NCBI GenBank assembly: GCA_036374075.1
Contig: DASUUM010000026.1
Coordinates: 1 to 47,677 of the forward strand
Source of the DNA: Nitrososphaeraceae archaeon
GTDB taxonomy: Archaea > Thermoproteota > Nitrososphaeria > Nitrososphaerales > Nitrososphaeraceae
Direction of reading: 5' to 3'
Length of the DNA: 47,677 bases
Below the pieces are notes generated by a model. It was given only the letters and a program-made list of their open reading frames with translations, was not told the DNA's origin and did no database searches. The translations under genes were made by a program, and so were the position numbers. Below, piece by piece: positions 9,520 through 19,612 of the stretch. How positions within the stretch are numbered: position 1 is the first letter of the stretch; each line of letters opens with the position of its first letter.

Positions 9520-9774
9520 TTTACTATTTAATATATATAACCTTATAAAAGTATTGTGAGTAAAGGTTTTTGAGTTTATTTAAATATATTTAGCTTTTTC
9601 GAAATTATTTGAAATGATAATTAAAATTATAATAATAATATTATATCATTCATTGTAATAATAAACAAAAATTAAGCTAAAGAGGAGAATTATAATATAA
9701 AATGACTATTTTCCTCTAAAACGAATATATATATAATTTACGAATCTTTATATTCAAATAATCTTGGGAGAAAA

Positions 9775-10407
9775 TTGAAATCATTAGATAAAGCTATTTT
9801 GAAGGCAATATATGTAAGTAATTTAAATTCACCAAAATCATTTTTAGAATATTTACAAGAGAAATATCAAATAGATAAAAGTTTTTTTGAATCAAGAATA
9901 ATGGGATTAATTGATTTAGGATTCATAGAAAAAATTAATCATGAACAATATAAACTTAATTCATTAGGTAGAGAAACCCTGAAGGTAGTTCTTGTAGGAG
10001 GAGTTTTTGATATATTACACCCTGGTCACATATTTACCCTCAAGACAGCCAAATCACATGGTGATCTTTTGGTAGTAGTAATTGCAACTGCATCTACAGC
10101 TACAAAAATTAAAAAAAATAGAGTAATATTGCATAATGAAAACTTGAGAAAGGAACTGGTTTCTTCATTAAGTTTCGTAGATTTGGCGTTAATAGGAAAA
10201 GAAGGAACATTATTTGATACAGTGGAATATGTAAAACCTGATATTATAGCACTAGGTTATGATCAATCTCATACAGAGAGATATATTTCAGAAAACTGTA
10301 AGAAAAGAAATATCAATGTTAGAATATTAAGATTAAATACTCCTATTCCAAATATCAAGAGTTCTGAATTAAAGCAAAAATTAGGATACTCATTCTACAA
10401 GATATGA
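9775..10407 (+). CDS. ribL: FAD synthetase (RibL-type cytidylyltransferase family) with N-terminal winged-helix-like extension
   Basis: GGVFDILHPGH (HxGH), PDIIALGYDQ and SS motifs; adjacent to the riboflavin kinase. Confidence 0.8.
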   Translation: MKSLDKAILKAIYVSNLNSPKSFLEYLQEKYQIDKSFFESRIMGLIDLGFIEKINHEQYKLNSLGRETLKVVLVGGVFDILHPGHIFTLKTAKSHGDLLVVVIATASTATKIKKNRVILHNENLRKELVSSLSFVDLALIGKEGTLFDTVEYVKPDIIALGYDQSHTERYISENCKKRNINVRILRLNTPIPNIKSSELKQKLGYSFYKI

Positions 10408-11112
10408 TTTTAATTCGTTATTCGGATAATTCATTTTAACTTTCAATTTGATATAATCACCATTTTTTAATGAAAATTGTTCTTTAATTGAAAATGGAGC
10501 TATTATTTCTATTATAGAATCATCATAATGAGTTCGTTCTAATATCAGAATATATGAATTTATATTGGCGCTATCATTAATGTAAGCAGGATAACATTTT
10601 ACCCATCCAAAAGTTCTTGATTGGTCACTAAATCCTTCAATCAATACTGAAGGATATTTTAACATCTCTTTTTTTGCCTCGACATATAACATTGAATTTA
10701 ATTTTATATTAAGGGTTCCAGGATAAGGTTCATAACCTAATTTCTCTTTAAATTGTTTTTTGTACCCATTTAATGACATATAATATGCACCTTCACCCAT
10801 ACCGGTTATAATATGACCCTCAAAATCGACAACATATTTAAAAGATTCTATAGCAGTTTTTAAAAACAAAAATAAATTATATACTTCCTGATAACCTTTT
10901 TCTGTAACCTTTATAGCATATTTTTTACTTTTCTTATTTCTTTTTATATACCCTAAAAATTCTAAATCAAGTAATTCTTTTGAAGCTAATTGTTGTGACC
11001 GCTTTATTTTTTGTGCTATTTCGTTAGTTGTTAATTCAATAAAGTTATTCTTTGCTCCACACAACAATAATTCTGAAAGAATTAGTACATGTTGAAAGCT
11101 AATAGTATTCAT
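10390..11112 (-). CDS. ribK: CTP-dependent riboflavin kinase with N-terminal HTH (RbkR-like architecture)
   Basis: GMGEGAYY, PYPGTLN, ERTHY and EIIAP motifs; N-terminal HTH with SQQ.ASK.L..LE. Confidence 0.9.
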   Translation of the reverse strand: MNTISFQHVLILSELLLCGAKNNFIELTTNEIAQKIKRSQQLASKELLDLEFLGYIKRNKKSKKYAIKVTEKGYQEVYNLFLFLKTAIESFKYVVDFEGHIITGMGEGAYYMSLNGYKKQFKEKLGYEPYPGTLNIKLNSMLYVEAKKEMLKYPSVLIEGFSDQSRTFGWVKCYPAYINDSANINSYILILERTHYDDSIIEIIAPFSIKEQFSLKNGDYIKLKVKMNYPNNELKSYLVE

Positions 11113-11118
11113 AAAAAA

Positions 11119-12393
11119 TTAGGATAAGCCCATTTCATTGAATGTACTTACTTTAATAGATGAATTACGTTTTATATCAGCTAATCTATGTCCTATGATT
11201 TGCTCTATACCAGCTTTATCAGAAGCATCAATTAATCTTTGAGTTATTATACCATCTAAAATTAAAATTTTACCACCTGATGAATCTGAAAGTTTTTTAA
11301 CAATCTCTGATACTGGAACTTTCATAATAGTATTCATTGAACTATCTAAAATAATTGCTTCTAAAGTTTCATTGATTTGAGAATATATATTTTTAATCAC
11401 TGATTTAGATTCATTATCATTTTGTAATTGATTATCTTCTTTAGTAATTGGATAAGTTTCAAATTGGCTATACTGAGGTTGTGTCTGCTGAAAAGTAGTT
11501 TTCTCTCTTTCACTTTTATTATATTTTTTATTGTTTTGTAATATAGGCTGTTGTTTTTTAATAGATGAATCATAGTCTTCTTTTGAAGAATCCAATGCAT
11601 TATTTAATATTTCAGTTATTTCTAAAGGTGTACATTCTTCAACCTCTCTTCCAGGTGGGGCCCTAAATACTTTATTTATTTTAACTAAGCCATGTAATTC
11701 TTTTAATATTAAATCGCCGGCTCTATCACCATCTAAGAAAGCTATAACCTTTTTTCCTTCAGTAAGATGGATAATACTTTCATCAATTTTAGCACCTTCT
11801 ATAGCTATAGAATTATCAAAGCCTGCTCTCAATAGATTAATAACATCAGCTCGGCCTTCTACTAAAATAATCCAATCAGCATTAAATACACCTGTCCCGC
11901 ATGCGAGTTGCCCTTTTCCAAATGTGGTAAGTTTACCAGGTTTACTTGCATCATATACATCTTTAAGCATTTCTTCACCTTCGCTAATAGTTTTAGTTGC
12001 CCATTCTTGAACAATTTTCTTTGCTCTATCGACTATAACTTTTTTCTTTATTGCTCTGATATCATCAATTCCGGACAAGATGAACCTTGCTTGAAATGGC
12101 CCCACTTTATCTATGCTTTCTATTGCCGCAGCTATAAGAGCAGCAGTTGAAATGTCAGTACTCATTGGAATAAGAGCATCACCCTTTGCTACATTAGACT
12201 TTGTATCTACATTCACTTCAATTCTACCAACTTTAGACACCTTTTGTAATTCATTTAGATTCATTTCAGGTCCTAACAACCCTTCAGTTTGTCCAAAAAT
12301 AGCACCTATTATGTCAGCTTTTTCTACGAGTCCATCCACCTCGAAACTTAATTTTACGTGATATTTTACTATACCAGTACTAGGCAATTCCAT
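11119..12393 (-). CDS. dnaG: Archaeal DnaG (TOPRIM; exosome-associated)
   Basis: GAIFGQTEGLLG, VEGRADV, DGDRAG and DGIITQRL motifs. Confidence 0.95.
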   Translation of the reverse strand: MELPSTGIVKYHVKLSFEVDGLVEKADIIGAIFGQTEGLLGPEMNLNELQKVSKVGRIEVNVDTKSNVAKGDALIPMSTDISTAALIAAAIESIDKVGPFQARFILSGIDDIRAIKKKVIVDRAKKIVQEWATKTISEGEEMLKDVYDASKPGKLTTFGKGQLACGTGVFNADWIILVEGRADVINLLRAGFDNSIAIEGAKIDESIIHLTEGKKVIAFLDGDRAGDLILKELHGLVKINKVFRAPPGREVEECTPLEITEILNNALDSSKEDYDSSIKKQQPILQNNKKYNKSEREKTTFQQTQPQYSQFETYPITKEDNQLQNDNESKSVIKNIYSQINETLEAIILDSSMNTIMKVPVSEIVKKLSDSSGGKILILDGIITQRLIDASDKAGIEQIIGHRLADIKRNSSIKVSTFNEMGLS

Positions 12394-12601
12394 AACCTCA
12401 TGTTTATTGTAAAGTAAAATTATGGGTGCTTGGCACGAATATAAGTGCTTTGACCAATCCTCATCTAAAATTTCATAATTATCATATTTACGGAGTTTTT
12501 TGAAGTAATTTTAATTAGTTAATAATAAAGTACAATTTTAGTCTATATAAGACTATTATATACAATTAATAATAAATTATAAACAATTTCTAATAAATAA
12601 T

Positions 12602-12958
12602 ATGGGAATAGGCGGCTCGGAATGGATAATAATTGGCTTAATTAGTATTTTTTTACTTTTCGGTTCAAAGAAACTACCAGATATGGCAAGAAATATAGGC
12701 AAAGCAATTGGAGAATATAATAATACCAGACAAGCACTTCTTAAAGAAGTCAACCAAATTAAAAGCAATAACGATTTATTTCATGGTCATATTAACAATA
12801 AAAATTGGCATATTGGAAAGATAATACAAGGCCCTGTATCAACAGAAAGGGAAAAATTAGAAAAAATAGCTTTATCCCTTAACATTGAATATCTAAATAT
12901 ACCTGATGAGCAACTTCGCACTAATATTTTGAAAAAGATGAAAAATGATAATACTTAG
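12602..12958 (+). CDS. tatA: TatA/E family twin-arginine translocase subunit
   Basis: GGSEWIII...LLFGSKKLPDMARNIGKAIGEY: TM helix, FG hinge and amphipathic helix. Confidence 0.85.
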   Translation: MGIGGSEWIIIGLISIFLLFGSKKLPDMARNIGKAIGEYNNTRQALLKEVNQIKSNNDLFHGHINNKNWHIGKIIQGPVSTEREKLEKIALSLNIEYLNIPDEQLRTNILKKMKNDNT

Positions 12959-13007
12959 AGATATATTTATTATCTAATATTAAACAACACATTATGAATA
13001 AAAATAT

Positions 13008-14276
13008 ATGTCTTCGTCTAACTTGAATGAAAAAATAAACCCATTTGAAGTAGCACTAAAACAACTGGAAGAAGCATCAAAAATTTTAAACCTAGACAAA
13101 GGAATGCTTCAGGTATTATCCAATCCCAAAAGAATTCTAACTGTTTCTATTCCAACAAAACTGGATGATGGTTCGATAAGAGTATTTACTGGATTTAGGT
13201 CTCAACATAATGATGCAAGAGGACCTTGTAAAGGAGGAATAAGATACCATCCTGATGTTACATTAGAGGAGGTTAAGGCTTTATCAATGTGGATGACATG
13301 GAAATGTGCAATAGCTAATATTCCCTATGGTGGTGGAAAAGGTGGAATAATTTGTAATCCAAAACAGATGTCAGAAAACGAATTAGAGAGAATGACAAGA
13401 AGGTTTGCATATCTTATAGCTGACATTATTGGTCCATACAAGGACATTCCTGCACCAGATGTATACACTGGAGGTAAAGAAATGGCTTGGATTATGGATA
13501 CTTATTCAGCATTAAAAGGAAATTATGTTCAACCAGAAGTCATAACTGGAAAACCAATAGCAATTGGTGGTTCATTAGGTAGAAATGAAGCAACTGGGAG
13601 AGGTTTGGCATATACCGTAAGAGAAGCTGCTAAAAAAATAGATATTGACATGAAACAAGCAACAATTGTAGTTCAAGGTTTTGGAAATGCAGGTCAATTT
13701 GCTTCAAAACTAGTAGGAGAGCAAGGTGCCAAGATGATAGCAGCTTCAGATTCTCAAGGTGCAATAATTAACAAAGATGGAATAGATGCGGATGCATTAA
13801 TGAAATTTAAAAAAGAAACCGGAACTGTGGCAGGATTTGAAAATGCAAAATCGATTTCTAATGAAGAACTTCTGGAAACAGAGTGTACTATACTCATTCC
13901 AGCAGCTTTGGAAAATCAGATCACTAAAAATAATGCGGATAAAATAAAAACAAAGATCATAGCAGAAGCAGCTAATGGTCCTACAACTCCTGAAGCAGAT
14001 GAAATTCTATTCAAAAATGACATTCTAGTAATTCCAGATGTACTTGCTAATGGAGGAGGCGTTACTGTTTCATATTTTGAATGGTTGCAGAATTTAAGAA
14101 GAGAATACTGGAAAGAAGAAGAAGTTAATAATAGACTAGATATAAACATAACAAAATCATTCTTTGATGTTTATGATACTCATAAAAAATACAATGTAGA
14201 TATGCGAAAGGCTGCCACTTTACTCGCAGTAAACAGGGTTGTTGAAGCAATTAATATAAGAGGTTTATGGCCTTAA
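13008..14276 (+). CDS. gdhA: Glutamate dehydrogenase
   Basis: KGGIRYHP, GGGKGG, DIPAPD, QGFGNAG and ANGGGVTVSYFEW motifs. Confidence 0.96.
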   Translation: MSSSNLNEKINPFEVALKQLEEASKILNLDKGMLQVLSNPKRILTVSIPTKLDDGSIRVFTGFRSQHNDARGPCKGGIRYHPDVTLEEVKALSMWMTWKCAIANIPYGGGKGGIICNPKQMSENELERMTRRFAYLIADIIGPYKDIPAPDVYTGGKEMAWIMDTYSALKGNYVQPEVITGKPIAIGGSLGRNEATGRGLAYTVREAAKKIDIDMKQATIVVQGFGNAGQFASKLVGEQGAKMIAASDSQGAIINKDGIDADALMKFKKETGTVAGFENAKSISNEELLETECTILIPAALENQITKNNADKIKTKIIAEAANGPTTPEADEILFKNDILVIPDVLANGGGVTVSYFEWLQNLRREYWKEEEVNNRLDINITKSFFDVYDTHKKYNVDMRKAATLLAVNRVVEAINIRGLWP

Positions 14277-14366
14277 TGTAAATTTTCTATTTTTCCTATT
14301 ATTTCTATAATTTTATTTAACAATTAATAATTTAACTTTTATAAAAGATTTAAAAAAATTGTTGTA

Positions 14367-14717
14367 TTACTCAGTAGAAAATGAATGACCACATGAGCAG
14401 CTTTTGGTTACATTCGGATTATTAATTTTAAATCCAGAACCCATTAAACTATCGATATAATCAATATTAGCTCCTTTTAAATATCGTTGACTGTAATTAT
14501 CTACTAAAATTTTGATTCCATTTTGTTCTATAACAAGATCATCTTCTTCAGAATTTTCTTCAAATCCCATACCGTAAGATAAGCCAGAACAGCCTCCGCC
14601 AGTGACATATACACGTAGAAATAAACTATCTTTTCCTTCTTGTTTCATAAATTCATTAACTTTTTCTGCAGCTTTTGGAGTAACAGTTACTATTTGTGAT
14701 TGTTGAGTACTTTCCAT
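14367..14717 (-). CDS. A-type Fe-S carrier (IscA/ErpA/HesB family)
   Basis: GGGCSGLSY and CSCGHSF motifs. Confidence 0.93.
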   Translation of the reverse strand: MESTQQSQIVTVTPKAAEKVNEFMKQEGKDSLFLRVYVTGGGCSGLSYGMGFEENSEEDDLVIEQNGIKILVDNYSQRYLKGANIDYIDSLMGSGFKINNPNVTKSCSCGHSFSTE

Positions 14718-14758
14718 AACTTAATTATGTTTTAAAAAGAATATAAGTTTTCCTTGCC

Positions 14759-16894
14759 TTAAGAAAAGGCATTTGGAATTCTATTTTGTAGCTCAGACCA
14801 TTTTGCGAGTACCCCAGCTGCTGTAACCCATGATATTACTGAATGATATACTGGTACATTATTTTCTTCTATTCGCTTTGAGATATCAAGAGTAAATGGT
14901 CCCCCTAAAGCACCCAATAAAATTGGTTTTTTCTTTTGTTTTTGAAAATCTGCTAATATACTCACAATAGTTTCTTCAAGAGGATCATCTTGAAAAACAA
15001 ACCATGGCATTATAATATCAATATTAGGATCATCCATAAATGTTTGAATAGCGAATCTATAATCATCAGCATTGGCAGAACCTGTAACATCAAGAGGATT
15101 ACCTATAACGTAGGTTGCAGGATAATGTTCATTAAATTTCCTTTTAGTATCTTCACTTAAATCAGCAATTTTTAATCCTAGTCTTTCAAAATGATCTATT
15201 GCAGCAATTATTGGTCCTGCACCATTGGTAACTAATGCTACTTTATTTCCTTTAGGCATAGGTTGCCAAGTTAAAGCCTTTAGGGATCCTGTTAATTCCT
15301 CATAACTATCTACAGATATAATACCCGCTTGATCAAATGCACCTTTCACAACAGAAAATGATCCCCCTAAAGAGCCAGTATGAGATGCTGCTTGTTTAGC
15401 TCCTCTTTGTGTTCGTCCATTTTTAAAAACTACTATAGGTTTCTTTTTTTCTTTTATAACTTTCTTGGCCGTATTCATAAATTTTCTACCGTCACCAAGA
15501 CCTTCAACATATAGACCAATTACATTTGTTTTTGGATCTTCTGACAAATACCAAATCATATCTGCTTCATCAACATCAGAGCGATTACCGTAAGAAATCA
15601 TTTTGCTCATTCCGAAAGAGTCTGAAGTTTCCATAAAAGCAATTCCAATGGTTCCACTTTGAGATAGAAAAGCCACATCTCCTTTCTTGGGTCTAAGCAT
15701 TCTCTCATGTCCTTGAAAAGCACAATCTAATCGATTTTCACCATTAAATATGCCTATACAATTTGGTCCAATTATTCTAACTTTCAACTGAGAAGATAAT
15801 TCTTTCACTTTTTGTTCTATTTCAGCTCTTTCTCCACCTAATTCTTTTCCTCCGCCTGAAATAATTACCATATTATGTATTCCTTTTTTTCCACATGTTT
15901 CTAATATAGCAGGAACGAATTTTAAATCAACTGTGACTATTACTAAATCTATCTTTTCATTAATATCATCTAAATTTTTATATGCTTTTAATCCTAGAAT
16001 TTCATCATAACCCTTTGCATTTACCGGATATATCTTACCTTTATAATCATATTTAGATAAACTTTTTAAAACAGAATTGCCAACTTTACCTTCTTCAGGA
16101 GAGGCCCCTATTAATGCTATAGAACTTGCATTAAAGAATACATCCATATGATTAGAATCAGGAGTTGATTTAGAGACTATATCTTTATCAGGATTAGATT
16201 TAAGAAGAATTTTTGCATCAACAACATAGTAGTTATTTGGATAAACTATAATTGGATTAAAATCTACACTATCTATATATTTGGCCATATCAAAGCCTAA
16301 ATTACCTATTTTAATAATTGCATCACATAGCATTTCTAAATTTATTGCTTGAGCTCCTCTAAACCCTTTTAGGATTTCTTTAGCTCTTAAATCATTTATC
16401 ATTTCTAATGCATCTTCTTTAGTTATTGGAAGAACTCTAAATGATACATCTTTAAATAATTCTGTATAAATTCCTCCCAAACCAAGCATTATTACTGGAC
16501 CAAATTGAGGGTCATTTTGTAAGCCAACTATTAATTCAATCCCTTTAGGAACCATCTTTTCTAAAAGAACTCCCTTTACTTGATAATCTTTTGACAAACG
16601 GTTATACATATCTAAGAAGGCTTCTTTAACTTCATTTTCATTTTGTAATCCAACCTTAACCCCTTGAACATCGGTCTTGTGTAATATTTGATCTGATACT
16701 ATTTTTGCAACAAGCGGAAAGCCAATTTCCTTTGCTTTGGATATAGCTTCAGAATCAGTAGTTACGATGGAATACTCTGGAACTCTAATCCCATATACAG
16801 ATAATATAGATTTTGCATCCTCTTCTGTTATAACCTTACTTCCTTTTTGAATAACATCATTTAATATTTTCTCTACTTTTTCGCTATCCATCAT
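14759..16894 (-). CDS. 3-hydroxypropionyl-CoA synthetase (ADP-forming), 3HP/4HB carbon fixation cycle
   Basis: ATP-grasp domain first (HKTDVQGV) then CoA-binding domain (GPNCIG, SQSG, phospho-His ASHTG). The RLDCAFQG and [14 protein letters not shown] segments match the thaumarchaeal enzyme as I recall it. Confidence 0.85.
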   Translation of the reverse strand: MMDSEKVEKILNDVIQKGSKVITEEDAKSILSVYGIRVPEYSIVTTDSEAISKAKEIGFPLVAKIVSDQILHKTDVQGVKVGLQNENEVKEAFLDMYNRLSKDYQVKGVLLEKMVPKGIELIVGLQNDPQFGPVIMLGLGGIYTELFKDVSFRVLPITKEDALEMINDLRAKEILKGFRGAQAINLEMLCDAIIKIGNLGFDMAKYIDSVDFNPIIVYPNNYYVVDAKILLKSNPDKDIVSKSTPDSNHMDVFFNASSIALIGASPEEGKVGNSVLKSLSKYDYKGKIYPVNAKGYDEILGLKAYKNLDDINEKIDLVIVTVDLKFVPAILETCGKKGIHNMVIISGGGKELGGERAEIEQKVKELSSQLKVRIIGPNCIGIFNGENRLDCAFQGHERMLRPKKGDVAFLSQSGTIGIAFMETSDSFGMSKMISYGNRSDVDEADMIWYLSEDPKTNVIGLYVEGLGDGRKFMNTAKKVIKEKKKPIVVFKNGRTQRGAKQAASHTGSLGGSFSVVKGAFDQAGIISVDSYEELTGSLKALTWQPMPKGNKVALVTNGAGPIIAAIDHFERLGLKIADLSEDTKRKFNEHYPATYVIGNPLDVTGSANADDYRFAIQTFMDDPNIDIIMPWFVFQDDPLEETIVSILADFQKQKKKPILLGALGGPFTLDISKRIEENNVPVYHSVISWVTAAGVLAKWSELQNRIPNAFS

Positions 16895-16972
16895 AGAATA
16901 TGGAGAAAAATTTAGTATAGTTTCTAATTAACTTTACTTTCTATTCAATATAATTTAGACTTGTCTATTTGA

Positions 16973-17593
16973 TTAAAGAGTATTATTTAATTTATTTAGG
17001 GATCCAATTAACACTGAACGTCTTGATTCTTCAGTTATCAATTCTCTAGTAGTTTCAATTAAGATTTTACATACATCTAGTTTCTTTCTAATACCATTTA
17101 CTATATTATCATATATAGAAAATGGATAAACAGCGTTGTAAATTTCTTGCATGACTATAAAAAGCGATTCTGCTTTATCATATCTTCCATATCTAACCAT
17201 ATCATAAACCATTCTCTTTATTTCACCAATACAATCTAAAATACCAAATAGATATGCTTGGCTAGAAACACCAATATCACTAATTCCAAGTAAAGATTCA
17301 TTTTTTACTATATTCATCAATAGATTAGCTTCTACTAGCTCTTGTTCGGACATGGATAGATATCGTGAAAGATCATCCTGCGCTACTGTTTTGAGAGATA
17401 AATATAGATTTTTTGCTTTATCTAATTTTAATTGACTTTCTTGTATATTGCCCTGATGAAGCGATATAATAGATTGACTACACAAAATAACAATATCACG
17501 AGATTCTTTTATTAAATGTTCTCTCCTATTTTCTATTGATTGTAATTCATTATGAATAGATTTAAGTGAAATTTTAACTTCTTCAGACGCCAT
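16973..17593 (-). CDS. Translin/Trax (C3PO-like) family protein
   Basis: All-helical protein with RE.LIK.SR, QELVEA, YLFGILDCIGEIKR and RKKLD motifs. Confidence 0.85.
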   Translation of the reverse strand: MASEEVKISLKSIHNELQSIENRREHLIKESRDIVILCSQSIISLHQGNIQESQLKLDKAKNLYLSLKTVAQDDLSRYLSMSEQELVEANLLMNIVKNESLLGISDIGVSSQAYLFGILDCIGEIKRMVYDMVRYGRYDKAESLFIVMQEIYNAVYPFSIYDNIVNGIRKKLDVCKILIETTRELITEESRRSVLIGSLNKLNNTL

Positions 17594-17708
17594 AAAATTA
17601 GTGATTATTGTTCATAATATAATTTTTAATTAGTTATAGGATAAATAATGAAGATATAATATTTAAAACTACATATAATTAAAGTTTGAATATGGAATAG
17701 AAAAATAC

Positions 17709-18218
17709 GTGGGCAACATTCGTAGAAGTAGAGGATACAATTATGAATATTCAATTGTAAGTAGACTTAATAATCGTTATTGGACCGCTAAAAGATTAGG
17801 GGGCTCTAGTGTGGGTCTTCCAGATATAATAGCTGTAAATAATAATAAAGCAATTTTGTTAGCTATTGAAGCTAAATCCGGCACAGGAGAATCACTATAT
17901 GTTCCAAGTGATCAGATAGAAAGATGTTTTTCAATTGTAAAAATGTTTAGATATTATAAATATAAATATGTAATTTTGGCATTTAAGTTTCTTAGAAAAA
18001 AGAGAATAAAAATTAATAACAAGTCATCTTATGAAAAAAGAAAACTTGTAGAGTATTATAAAATTATTGAACCAATATGGAAAAAGGGAAGGATACCTCA
18101 GATAAAATGTAATTATGATGGCAAAACATTTTTAATTACTAATCAAGGGTCAATAGAAATCAATTTTTGTAATTATAAGATGCCATTTCAAAAAAAACAA
18201 AATAAAAGTACAAATTAA
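17709..18218 (+). CDS. Hjc-like PD-(D/E)xK nuclease (Holliday junction resolvase family)
   Basis: RG..YE, PDIIA and IEAKS motifs; GTG start. Confidence 0.8.
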   Translation: MGNIRRSRGYNYEYSIVSRLNNRYWTAKRLGGSSVGLPDIIAVNNNKAILLAIEAKSGTGESLYVPSDQIERCFSIVKMFRYYKYKYVILAFKFLRKKRIKINNKSSYEKRKLVEYYKIIEPIWKKGRIPQIKCNYDGKTFLITNQGSIEINFCNYKMPFQKKQNKSTN

Positions 18219-18245
18219 ATACAAATATACCTTCATAAATATCAA

Positions 18246-18980
18246 ATGAATCAAAAGAATGTGAAAATTAAGAAATATAAAACAATAAGCAAAAAGATTC
18301 AAGACATTGTTATTTCATCAGATCAAATGTATGAAATTGAAAATACAGGTCATAATAAATTCGGTATGAAAAAGGTCATCATGATGGAGAATGCAGGCTT
18401 TGGAATAGCAGATTTTATTATTAAAAAATTTAAAAATAAAAGAATTTCAAAATTAAAAATTTTAGCTGTTTGTGGAACTGGTAATAATGGCGGTGATGCA
18501 ATGGTTGCGTCCAGACATTTAGCTTGTCTAGGTATCGATCTTAAAGTAATTTTACTTGGAGATCCATTATCAATAAAGACAGATGAAGCATTAACGAATT
18601 TTCAAATTATTAGTAAAATGAATAGAACTATAGAATTAATAATATTGAGTAATATAGATACAAAAATAAAAAAAGAAATGCTTAATGCAGATATAATTAT
18701 TGATGGAATTTTTGGTACTGGAATTAAAGGAAATATTCAAGATCCATATTTATCAGCAATTAAATTGATAAATAAATCAAGAGCCTATATTATATCTGTA
18801 GATATACCTTCAGGTTTAAATCCTAACAATGGAGAAATTGTATCTGATTGTATAAGAGCTGATACAACAATAACATTTCACAGAATTAAACAAGGGCTAT
18901 TAAATAACAAAAAATATACTGGAAGTTTAATATTAAAGAAGATAGGAATACCCGTTGAAGTAGAGGAGGGAATAATATAA
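18246..18980 (+). CDS. nnrE: NAD(P)H-hydrate epimerase (YjeF_N)
   Basis: MENAG, GTGNNGGDA, DGIFGTG and DIPSG motifs. Confidence 0.92.
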   Translation: MNQKNVKIKKYKTISKKIQDIVISSDQMYEIENTGHNKFGMKKVIMMENAGFGIADFIIKKFKNKRISKLKILAVCGTGNNGGDAMVASRHLACLGIDLKVILLGDPLSIKTDEALTNFQIISKMNRTIELIILSNIDTKIKKEMLNADIIIDGIFGTGIKGNIQDPYLSAIKLINKSRAYIISVDIPSGLNPNNGEIVSDCIRADTTITFHRIKQGLLNNKKYTGSLILKKIGIPVEVEEGII

Positions 18981-18981
18981 C

Positions 18982-19608
18982 ATGACCTTTAAAATAGAAC
19001 AAATACCTGTTGGAAAAATGGCAAATTTTACCTATTTAATAATAGACAATGAAGAAAAAGAAACAGCAATTATAGATCCATCATGGGACTTAGAAAAGAT
19101 CTTTGAAATAATAAAGAAGAATGAGTATAAAATAAAATATATTATTAATACTCATTCTCATTACGATCATATACTTGGTAATGATCAAATTGTTGCTATT
19201 ACTAAATGTAAAGTAATTCAACATAAAAATTCTAAAGAAAAACATGATATTTCAGTAAATGATGGAGATGAATTTAAGGTTGGTAAAACACTTATAAAAG
19301 TATTATTCACTCCTGGACATTCCAAAGATAGCATATGTTTACTAGTTGATTCTAAAATTATTATTACTGGAGATACCTTATTTATAGGAAATTGTGGCCG
19401 TACTGATTTACCTGGTAGTGATCCTGAAGAGATGTACAACAGCTTATTTGAAAAAATATTAAATTTAGATAATAATTTGGTTGTTTATCCTGGTCATAAT
19501 TATGGATATAAATCTATTTCCACAATAGGAGAAGAAAAGAAAAACAATTATGTTTTGTTTCCAAGATCAAAAGAACAATTTATAAAATTTATGACTGGCG
19601 AAGAATAA
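18982..19608 (+). CDS. Metallo-beta-lactamase fold hydrolase (glyoxalase II-like)
   Basis: THSHYDH, TPGHS, TGDTLF and YPGH motifs. Confidence 0.9.
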   Translation: MTFKIEQIPVGKMANFTYLIIDNEEKETAIIDPSWDLEKIFEIIKKNEYKIKYIINTHSHYDHILGNDQIVAITKCKVIQHKNSKEKHDISVNDGDEFKVGKTLIKVLFTPGHSKDSICLLVDSKIIITGDTLFIGNCGRTDLPGSDPEEMYNSLFEKILNLDNNLVVYPGHNYGYKSISTIGEEKKNNYVLFPRSKEQFIKFMTGEE

Positions 19609-19612
19609 TAAA

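Noticed and set aside
12394-12510. Stop-free in-frame stretch upstream of dnaG containing a GTGC-ttg-GCAC hairpin
   Set aside because: No start codon in that frame, and the hairpin is too short to support a call.
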